Of a stretch of 64,000 nt of DNA, positions 49,310-58,100 are shown piece after piece. The stretch covers positions 928,001 to 992,000 of the forward strand of contig CAWHAE010000012.1 of NCBI GenBank assembly GCA_963827235.1. The letters run 5' to 3'. A program made the translations under genes and the position numbers. Within the stretch, counting starts at the first letter, position 1. Each line of letters begins with the position of its first letter. Source of the stretch: an uncultured bacterium. GTDB taxonomy: Bacteria; Chloroflexota; UBA5177; JANWHV01. Under the pieces are notes generated by a model. It worked only from the letters and a program-made list of their open reading frames with translations, was not told the origin of the DNA and did not search any database.

Positions 49310-50192
49310 CTAGGCTCGAGCCTTCCTTGTGCCGTGCCATGTGCCGCTGTTGCCGTTCGAGTCGGTCCACGTACCGGCCCAGCTCGCGCTCCCGTCGGGG
49401 TGAAACGTGATCGTTCCCCGATTGTGCGACACGTAGCCGCCGCCACTGATCGTCGCGAGCATCGTGCCGCCGTGCAGCTCGCCCGCTACCGATAGCTGCC
49501 CGTCGGTCCCTGAGAATGCACCGGTGATTGGGTCATAGAAGTTGATCACTATCGGGTTGCTGAATCTCCGTCCCTTCAGCGGGCCGGCCGTGACCAGCGT
49601 ATACGTGTCACTCCATGCGCCGACCGGCGAGCTCGTGGACAAACCCCATGCCGAATCCAGCTTGGTCTCATCCGCGGTCAGGCGCGCTTCGGCGTCCTCG
49701 GCATTGGCAATGTCCGCGTACACGCCCGGAATATGCTTGATGGTCCCCCCAAGATACTGCTGCAGGAGGACCCCCATGTCGATCGAGTTGTCGAGCAGGC
49801 GCCGCATCTGGAAGACCAGGTCGACCACGGTGTCGTTCGCCCTCAAGACCGATGGCAGGGCGGCGCGGATCGACGTCGCTGTGCTTCCGAATCGAATCCA
49901 TGGCGTGCAACGCTACCTGGCACCCAGCAATCATCGGGCCGAGCGCGGCCTTGACAGCCGCTACATCGCCCTCTCCCGCACGCAGGCTTTTCAGCTCCGG
50001 GCCGAGAATCTCCAGGTCACTGATGCATCGCTCTACAGGCGCACGTATGGGCGTCACGGTCGCACGAAAGGCAGCGACCTGTTGAGCGACCGTCGGGATC
50101 GCCGCGGCACGGCCCTCGACAACTCCCGGTGCCACGCTCAGCAGCGCGCTCGCGACCCCAAGGAGCACGGCAGCGCGGATCCTGTTGATCAT
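49310..50192 (-). pseudogene. Frameshifted secreted hypothetical protein
   Basis: GGGAGG RBS and signal peptide MINRIRAAVLLG; the coding frame switches near 49850 to ANDTVVDLVFQ...GNSGTWHGTRK. Confidence 0.6.
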
Positions 50193-50401
50193 CCTGTGCA
50201 CCTCCCGGTGGTCTGCAGGGATCGGGCTCTCGGCGCAGGCTGGTGCCGAAAGGAATCGTCCCGGGTAGCAGTCTAGCACGCATCGGCTGTGGCCGCTAGA
50301 GACTGCAGTGTTGGCACAGCGCGGTCAAAGACGTGCGGCAAGGAAAGGCCGTGGACCGGTCAATCCCCGGCCGGAGGTGCTCCTGCGTCGATGCCCATCA
50401 C

Positions 50402-51217
50402 CTATCCGGCAACCTTGAGGCAGACCGCATAAGGCGTCAGCGTGGGAAAATCGGGACCGGCCGGTCCCTTCACGGTGATGTCCCACTCGGTTGCCGGAGC
50501 GGACGAAGCGCTCACGGGGAACGATCGCAGATTCCCGGACTGCAGGACTATGACGTCTGATGCCGCGCCGGGCAGTATGCTCAGGGGAGTCTGGCTGTTG
50601 GAGAAGCCGCCCGAGACCGCAGCCTCGCCGTTTGGGCAGATCGCGCTCAGGTTCGCAAGCTGGAAGGAGCTGCTGAACGCCACGGTGGCGCCAAGCTGGA
50701 GCAGATAGCCTGGACTACCTGCCGATCCTGGATCTCCCTTCTGGCCCTGTGGGCCCACAGGGCCCGCCGAACCTTGTGGTCCCTGCGGACCGGTTTTGCC
50801 CGCAGGACCCTGTGGACCGGTGTTGCCCCGCGCTCCGGCCGGGCCGGTCTGGTTCCACGTCAGGGCGGTCTCGGTGGCGGCGCAGTGTTGCTGCTTGCCG
50901 GTGTCGATTACCCGGAGTATTTTGTTGCCATTCTTGCCGTAGCACGCATGAATCACGCCGGAGTGATCGGGGATGCTGGCAAGCACGCTTGCCAGCCCGG
51001 AGTCGACCGGGCTGTTCGTGAACGGGTTCGCGGCGAGCCCGAGCGCTACCAAGCAGACGACAAGTGCTGCTCGCGCGAGACGCGCCCAGCGCGCTCCAGT
51101 GGATGAAGCAGCTTGACGACGGCGCAACGCGAGCACCTCCGATTCGAGGGCCGCGATTCTCAACTCGAGCCTGGCCGCAGTGCGATCATCGGCCTGCACG
51201 TTGGGTTCCATTGGCAT
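50402..51217 (-). CDS. Collagen-like exported protein with N-terminal coiled coil
   Basis: [17 protein letters not shown], hydrophobic helix, [12 protein letters not shown]...LRVID...C...ALTWNQTGP, about 15 Gly-X-Y triplets, [11 protein letters not shown]...YAVC C-terminal domain. Confidence 0.85.
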   Translation of the reverse strand: MPMEPNVQADDRTAARLELRIAALESEVLALRRRQAASSTGARWARLARAALVVCLVALGLAANPFTNSPVDSGLASVLASIPDHSGVIHACYGKNGNKILRVIDTGKQQHCAATETALTWNQTGPAGARGNTGPQGPAGKTGPQGPQGSAGPVGPQGQKGDPGSAGSPGYLLQLGATVAFSSSFQLANLSAICPNGEAAVSGGFSNSQTPLSILPGAASDVIVLQSGNLRSFPVSASSAPATEWDITVKGPAGPDFPTLTPYAVCLKVAG

Positions 51218-51258
51218 ACTTCCTTCCTGCACCTTCCAGCTCAGAGCAGCCTGCTCGT

Positions 51259-52089
51259 TCAGGATCGCGTTGGGAATACCCCTTGCAGCGCGATGATAAA
51301 GTTCACACAGGTATATGGCTGGACATTGGCATGCGGCTGGCTGCTGCCGGCAGTGCCTATAGCTCGCGGGTCCATGGTCGTGTCGGGTGCATTGGCGTCG
51401 TAGACCGTCGTCACCCCCTGTGACTCCGCGGCCCAAACGGCGCCCTTTGGCGATCGCTGCTGCTGTGAGTCGCCTGCGGTGCTGAGGCAGTTAGCCGGGT
51501 GGGTATGTGTCGGCAACTGGTTAGTGGTCAGCGTTACCTGCTCCGAGCCGCCAGTCTGACCAAGGCTATATGAGGAGAGCCCGGCACCCTGACCTGGATG
51601 AACTGGTACTCGACCGCGCAGGTCAGGGAGTGCAAACGTCGACTTGCCATCGCCGCCATAGGTAGTGCCAAGAATCGAAAACAGCGCCGTGTTCTGCGAT
51701 ATGGGGAGTAGCTGGCCGTTGCACAGGGCCCAGCCGGCCGGAGCGAAGTTGCCGCAAAAGAGCGCCAGCTCACCCAACAAAGGTTCCGCTTGCGCCAGGG
51801 CATGGCCCGGGCGAGCAACGGTTGCCGCGGCAGCTCCGGCCGCCCCCAGCACGCCGGCCTTTAGCAACCGCAACCGAGAGACTCGCCGCATCATGCCGTT
51901 CGGGCCTTGAGACAGGTTGCCGGTGGCCACGGCGCTGCTCTGCACGGCCGCGTTAGCGCGCAGAGCTTGAATCTCTGTCCGCAGATCCCGTATCTCCGCC
52001 TGCTGTGCCTGCAGGGCGGCGAGGACCGCGGCCATATCAGGGCCCGTAGGTCCGTCAGAAGGCGACTCGACGGCTTTGGTTGGCTCCAT
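51259..52089 (-). CDS. Phage tail-collar domain protein (MdpB-like) with coiled coil + Tat-like leader
   Basis: [56 protein letters not shown]...HTH...PHANVQPY...[10 protein letters not shown]. Confidence 0.92.
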   Translation of the reverse strand: MEPTKAVESPSDGPTGPDMAAVLAALQAQQAEIRDLRTEIQALRANAAVQSSAVATGNLSQGPNGMMRRVSRLRLLKAGVLGAAGAAAATVARPGHALAQAEPLLGELALFCGNFAPAGWALCNGQLLPISQNTALFSILGTTYGGDGKSTFALPDLRGRVPVHPGQGAGLSSYSLGQTGGSEQVTLTTNQLPTHTHPANCLSTAGDSQQQRSPKGAVWAAESQGVTTVYDANAPDTTMDPRAIGTAGSSQPHANVQPYTCVNFIIALQGVFPTRS

Positions 52090-52488
52090 AACACTTCCCC
52101 TTCTCGCCACTCGACCGGCAGGTTGCTCACCGGAGAATCACCTGCCTGCGCGGACATTCTCCTGACCACTCTATCGTGGGCCTGCTAGTTGTCAACGTCG
52201 TGAGCTGCCGCAGGGTCGTGGATCGGTCTTCGTACTGGTGATGAGCCGTCGCCTTCGCGGAGCTGCATGGCCGCAACTGATTACTCTGCAATCCCGGCGT
52301 GGACACCGACTTGCGCACCCTACCCAGGGCCTTGGCAAAGAGGGCTAACCTCGACGCACGAGACTGGGGCGCAAGCATTCAGTCCACGCAGGGCAACATC
52401 GAGCAGGATGCTGCCGGCTTCCGCTCGGCGCCGGTGCCGCAGCGAGGCGCGCGGGCATACGGTAGCTCCGGCGCATCATGCAGGGAGA

Positions 52489-53235
52489 TCAGCGCACGTC
52501 GCGGGCGATGAGCGACCGGTGCACAGTATTGCCCGGTTGCCTGGGAAGCGCAGCCGCCGTCTCCGCCACTTTCTGGTAGCGCACCAGACAGCCGCCGATG
52601 CTGCCCGCCAGCACCGCCGACGTCACCACCGGTGCCGACGCACCAAGCACGTGCCTCGCGGCTTCGGCCTCGTCCAGCTCATCGCGCAGTGACTTCGCGC
52701 CTTTGTACAGGATGACCTCGCCGCCCAGGAGCACGAAAGGCAGGGTCAGCTCCAGCACTGTCGCGGTGCGTGCAACAGCACGAGCGACGCACAGATCGTA
52801 GGCCCCCCGGTGCATCGTGTCGTGCGCCAGATCCCGGGCACGGCCGCCCACCACGCGCACGTTCGCAAGCCGGAGATGGTCCCTGGCTCGCTCGAGGAAA
52901 CGCACCTTCATGGCCGTGCCTTCCAGGAGCGTGACCTGCCAGCACGGGAAGGCGATGGCCAGCGGGATACCGGGGATACCGGCGCCCGAGCCCACGTCGA
53001 GGCAGGTCCGCTCCTGCTCGACCGGCGTGCCCGGCAGAGCCAGCACGACCGTCAGCGCGTCGAGACAGTGGCGCGCCCACATTGCCGCGGCAGCGCGCGG
53101 GCCCAACTGAGTGAAGCGCCGGTTTCCGGCGAGCAGCAGCTCCGTGTAGGCCGCGAACGTGGCAGCCTGGTGCTCGTCGAGGTGAATACCGAGGGCAGCG
53201 CTGCCTTCCAGCAGGGTGCCTACGCTCTCTGCCAT
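52489..53235 (-). CDS. rsmG: Second RsmG paralog
   Basis: LDVGSGAGIPGIPLAIAFP and AYDLCVARAVART shared with the copy at 16861; NL and RAE motifs altered. Confidence 0.8.
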   Translation of the reverse strand: MAESVGTLLEGSAALGIHLDEHQAATFAAYTELLLAGNRRFTQLGPRAAAAMWARHCLDALTVVLALPGTPVEQERTCLDVGSGAGIPGIPLAIAFPCWQVTLLEGTAMKVRFLERARDHLRLANVRVVGGRARDLAHDTMHRGAYDLCVARAVARTATVLELTLPFVLLGGEVILYKGAKSLRDELDEAEAARHVLGASAPVVTSAVLAGSIGGCLVRYQKVAETAAALPRQPGNTVHRSLIARDVR

Positions 53236-53483
53236 CGGACGGATCTCCCCACCACACACGGGGCCGGCATGCCGCGTGTCCGGCCCGCGGCGATGCTGCC
53301 GCGCTGATAGGGTACACCGGACGCGATGGGAGCGTTGCAAGTCGTCTGCCACTTCGGTGGCGGCGTTGCAACCGAGGCCTCCCGGCGCGAGTGCCGGCCC
53401 GCGCCGGGAGGCCAACGGGAGGCGACATAGGCGAGGCGGCCAGCTCGGGCACCGCGCCCATCTGCAGCGGCCAGCGAGCGTAG

Positions 53484-54119
53484 TTAGTACCGCGACACGA
53501 CGAATGAGCCGGAGAAGTCGGGGGGCGCCATGGAACCGTAGTTCGGCATTTCATCCTTGTAGTACCCCGGCTGCGCTTCAATCGCCCAATAGTCTATGGG
53601 ATACGGGCCTCCCGCCCAGTCGGGACGGAACGGATTGTGCACCTCGCGCACGGTCTTGGCGCCATAGAAGGTCATCCATTCCTCGGCGAGTATGAACTCC
53701 GGCACGGCGTTACTCTGGTCGAAGTGGCCTGTGCCGTGCGTGGTGACGTGGCAGGTGCCCTGCAGCAGCTTGCTGGTGAACAGCCGGGCGTTGCACTGGG
53801 GACTGACCCCGCTGCTATCGGCCACAAACGTCTCCTCGGCCTTGAACGTGACGCGCTGGCCGGAGGCATCGCTCACAATATCCATGGTGATAGCCGTCGT
53901 CACCTTCTGGGTTGGCAGCGTTGTGCGGAAATTGGCGTCCGTGAGGCCCCACCGCCAGTCGCCCAACGTGAGGGATGGGTCGTCCACCCACATGCCCTGG
54001 AAGACCCAGTGACCTGCCAGGCTCTGGCTTCCGGTCGCCGCGTGGATGTGCACCGGCACTCCCGCCGCCAACGACGAGACCAGCATGAGACCAATCGCCA
54101 GGTAACGATGTGCACGCAT
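53484..54119 (-). CDS. Secreted hypothetical protein
   Basis: AAAGGAG RBS, signal peptide ending IHA, beta-rich. Confidence 0.7.
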   Translation of the reverse strand: MRAHRYLAIGLMLVSSLAAGVPVHIHAATGSQSLAGHWVFQGMWVDDPSLTLGDWRWGLTDANFRTTLPTQKVTTAITMDIVSDASGQRVTFKAEETFVADSSGVSPQCNARLFTSKLLQGTCHVTTHGTGHFDQSNAVPEFILAEEWMTFYGAKTVREVHNPFRPDWAGGPYPIDYWAIEAQPGYYKDEMPNYGSMAPPDFSGSFVVSRY

Positions 54120-54149
54120 GTTCGTCGCTCCTTTGCGCGCTACTATCGC

Positions 54150-54677
54150 TCATTGGGCGTTGCCGCGGTCGGCGAATATCTTTCTTGCATTCATGGTGAC
54201 GATTGGCAGCACGCTCGTGCCATCAGGCAATACCAGCGATGTCAGCATCGCCCGCATCTCACTCGCGTTGTCCACGATCACCACCGCCCAAGTCGCCGTG
54301 CGAAGCAACGTGCCCGACTGGTCGTAGAGGCGGACCGCTAGTGTGCCGGTGCAGTCGGAATTCACCGTGCTGGTGCCCTTGATCGTGTTCGCGGCGATGC
54401 TGCCGCCCACGCTGGCGGTCTGCGTGCCCGACACATTACCCTGGGCATCCCAGTTGGTTCTGCCGACGGCCGCGAAGAGGACCGCGCCGGTCGGCCGGAT
54501 GAGCGTGCCGGTGAGGCTGTGTCCCCACGCTCCTGCCACGGCGGCGTTTGAGCACGTGCCGGCACGCTGGCCCCGAGCCTGAGCGGGCGTTCGCGCTCCC
54601 GCGGGAGCCCCAACCGCCGCCACCCCTAGCAAGAGCGTGGCGACGAGACAGCATATCCGCACAGCATTGCGCTTCAT
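54150..54677 (-). CDS. Secreted hypothetical beta-barrel-like protein
   Basis: GGAGG RBS, signal peptide, CSNAAVAGAWG...TVNSDCTG. Confidence 0.72.
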   Translation of the reverse strand: MKRNAVRICCLVATLLLGVAAVGAPAGARTPAQARGQRAGTCSNAAVAGAWGHSLTGTLIRPTGAVLFAAVGRTNWDAQGNVSGTQTASVGGSIAANTIKGTSTVNSDCTGTLAVRLYDQSGTLLRTATWAVVIVDNASEMRAMLTSLVLPDGTSVLPIVTMNARKIFADRGNAQ

Positions 54678-55077
54678 GGATGTCCTCCATTTCCATCATC
54701 GTGGTGCTAGGCTGATGAACCACAGACTCGGGCCGATACCGCGCCGACGGCGCCGGCCCTTTTCCTTGGCCCTGCGTGCTGCCCTCCTTCCTGGCACTCC
54801 CGATAGAATCGCGAGTGTCTCTAGGTGCAGGTGGCCCAACCGCACCGTACCGTGCGCCTCCCTGGACCCCGCCGTCCGGCCTAAGGGCGCTCTACTTCGC
54901 CCAGCCACAGCGCGTCGCCGACCGCCGCGGGCGCACCCTCCGGCCGCCCGGCGCGGCGGTTTCCTGCGGGAGCGGGACACATCCGGGTCCGCCCACGGCG
55001 CTTCTTCCGGCGAGACGGCAGGCCGCGAGGAGCCTCGCCCTTCCCTCCAGAGTGCGCCTGGCCGGTGACGCACACCA

Positions 55078-55140
55078 GGCACAGCAGCGGCACAATGGCG
55101 GAACAACTCCGGCACAGTGCCTTTGCCGGCGTGCTATGAT
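55078..55140 (+). promoter_or_regulatory. Four GG(C/A)ACA direct repeats at 11-bp period plus -10 box
   Basis: GGCACA 55078, GGCACA 55089, GGAACA 55100, GGCACA 55111; TATGAT 55135. Confidence 0.65.
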
Positions 55141-55190
55141 GGTGCCGGCAGCGGGAGCAAGGCGGTGCCGTAAAGCGCGGGTAGGGTGCG

Positions 55191-58100
55191 ATGGCTGGCA
55201 CAGTCCCGCAGGTGTTTGGCAGGCTGCTCCGAGAGTATCGCTTGGCCGCCAGCTTGACACAGGAGGAGCTGGCGGAGCGATCGGGCTTGAGCGCGCGCGG
55301 GCTCAGGTACCTCGAGCAGAGCGCCCGCCACGCCCATCCGGACACGGTGCGCCGGCTCGCCGATGCCCTTGGCGTGACGCCCGCCGACCACGATCGCTTG
55401 CTTGCGGCCGCGCGTGCCTCGCAGCGGGATGCTGCAATCGCGCCGGAGCTGTGGCTCGGCCCCGTGGCGGAAGACCAACCACCGCTTGCCGGGCGGGTGG
55501 TACTGGCGCCCGCAGAACGCACGTCCTTCGCCTTCGTGGTGCATGCGGCGGAGGACGGCGCCGTGGCGGAACGCGTGCTGGCCGACCTCGCCGCACACGG
55601 CATCGCCGGCTGGGCCGATGGCGCCGAGCTCCGGCCCGGGGCGGACTTGCCGGAAGTGCTGCGGGTGGCCATGCGCGCCTGCGGCGCGGTGCTGCTCGTC
55701 GTGTCGCCCGCCACCCGTCCTTCGCGCCTCGTCGGCTTGGAGCTGGGCCTGGCCGAGATGTACGGCCGTCCCATCGTGCCCGTCTGGTCGGCAGGGGATG
55801 ATTGGCACGACTGCGTGCCGGCGGAGCTGGCCAGCGTGCCCTACGTGGACGCCCGCGGTGCACGCTATCCCGAGGCAGTCGTCGCGCTCGTGGCCACGCT
55901 GGGCACGCTGTCCGCCGGCTCTCCCATGGGGGACGTACCGCCTGCGACCCGCACGCCCCTGGTACCGCGCAACCCCTACAAGGGCCTGCGCGCCTTTGCC
56001 GAGGAGGACGAATCCGACTTCTTCGGGCGCACCGCTGTGGTGCCGACGCTGGTGGAGGCGGTGGCGGCCACCCTGGCCCCTGGCTCTGCCGCACCGGCAC
56101 GGCTGCTGGCCGTGGTGGGGCCAAGCGGCTCGGGCAAGTCTAGCCTGGTCCGCGCCGGGCTCATCCCACGTCTCAAGGGCGGCGCCCTGTCGGGGAGTGA
56201 GGGCTGGATCTATCTCGACCCGGTCCTGCCCGGCGCTCGGCCCGTGGAGGCCCTGGCCGTGACGCTGGCAGGCAAGTCTGAGCGCAGCATGCATACGCTG
56301 TGCGAGGACCTCGACGCCGACGACGCTCGTGGGCTGCACCTGTGGGCGCTGCAGCTGGTGTCCCGTCCCGAGCAGCGGGTGGTGTTGCTGGTCGACCAGC
56401 TCGAAGAGCTGTTCACCCTCACCACGGATGAGCAGGAGCGACGGCGGTTCTTCGACCTGCTGCTCACGGCGATCACCGAGCCACGCGGCCCCCTGCTGGC
56501 CATCATCACTCTGCGGGCCGACTTCTACGACCGGCCGCTGGCCTATCCGGCATTCGGCGCCCTGCTGCAGACCCGCGGCAACGTGGTGCTGCCCATGGGC
56601 GTGGCCGAGCTGCGCGAGATCATCGAAGAGCCGGTACGGCTGCCCGACGTGCAGCTGTGCTTCGAGCCCGGGCTGGTGGGCGACCTGCTGTATGAGGTGG
56701 CAGGGCAGGCGGGGGCGCTCCCCCTGCTGGAGTTTACCCTCGAGCAATTGGTTGGCCGCCGGCAGGGATCGACCCTGACCGTGGCCGCCTACCAGGAACT
56801 GGGCGGGGTGCGCGGCGCGCTGAGCCGGCAGGCCGAGGCGACGTACGCTGCCCTGCCCGCAGACGAGCAGCGCCAGCTGGCCCGCGCGCTCTTCCTGCGG
56901 CTGATCGACCCGGGCGCCACCGAGCAGGACACCACCCGCCGCCGGGCAGCGTGGAGCGAACTGACGCTGCTTGACGCCGAACGCACCGGGCTGATGCGGG
57001 CGGTTGCCGGCGCCTTTGTGGCGGCGCGGCTGCTAACCGCGAGCGAGCAGGGCGGCACGAGCCGGTTGGAGGTCAGCCACGAAGCGCTGATCCGCGAGTG
57101 GCCGCGGCTTGCCGACTGGCTGCGCGAGGCGCGTGAGGACATCCGTCTGCAGCAGAGCATCAGCGCCGATGCCGCGGCCTGGACACGACGGGGCTGTCCG
57201 GCGGACCACCTCTACCGCGGTAGCGCTTTGGAAGAGGCGCTGGGATGGGCGGCGCGGAACACGCCCAGCGCAGAGGAGCAGGCCTTCGTGGAAGCGGCCG
57301 CGCAAGCCGAGCGAGCGCAAGCAGCGGCGGAGCGGGACCGGCAGGCGCGCGAACTGGCGCTGGCGCGCGAAGCGGCTCGAGCCAACCGGCGCGCAGCAGC
57401 CCGGCTGCGTGTGCTGGCTTGGGTGCTGGCCCTCTTTCTGCTGGTCGCCGCCGGCTTGAGCGCGGTCGCCATCAACAACGCGTCGATCGCCTCGGATGCC
57501 AGAACGCGGGCGGTCGCGGCCCGCAACGCGGCGGTGGCCGAGCTCTCGCGCGAGCTAAGTCTGCGGGCCGGCACGCTCCTGGACAGCCAGCTGCAAGTCG
57601 CGCTGCTGCTGAGCGTGGAAGCCGATCGGCTGGGCAGCTCGCCGCAGACCCATGCCGACCTGCTGCAGGCGATCAACCACAGCCCCCGGCTGATCTCGTT
57701 TCTCACCACACAGACCAGCCCCGTGCTGAGCGTCGCCTTCAGCCCCAAGGGCACGATCCTTGCCGCAGGCAGTGAAGACGGCACGGTACGGCTGTGGGAC
57801 GTGGCCCGCCGGCGACTCCTCGGCCCGCCCCTCGCCGGCCATGCCGACGCAGTGAGTAGCCTGGCCTTCACTGCCGACGGCACGATCCTCGCCTCGGCGA
57901 GCAACGATGGCGGGGTACGGCTGTGGGACGTGGCCCGCCGCCGGCTCCTCGCGCCACCCCTGGTCGGGCAGACAGGCTTTGCGCACGGCGTGGCCTTCAG
58001 CCCGAACGGCAGGATCCTCGCCTCCGGCGGTGGTGCCGGCACGATCCAGCTCTGGGACGTGGCGGGCCGCCGGTCGCTCGGTCCCCCGCTACGCGGGCAG

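Noticed and set aside
50402-52089. Prophage suggested by the tail-collar and collagen genes
   Set aside because: No integrase, capsid, terminase or other phage genes; both proteins have export leaders
16861-53235. The two rsmG copies as att-like direct repeats bounding an integrated element
   Set aside because: The interval contains core genes (PBP, EPS operon), the copies are diverged and no integrase is present
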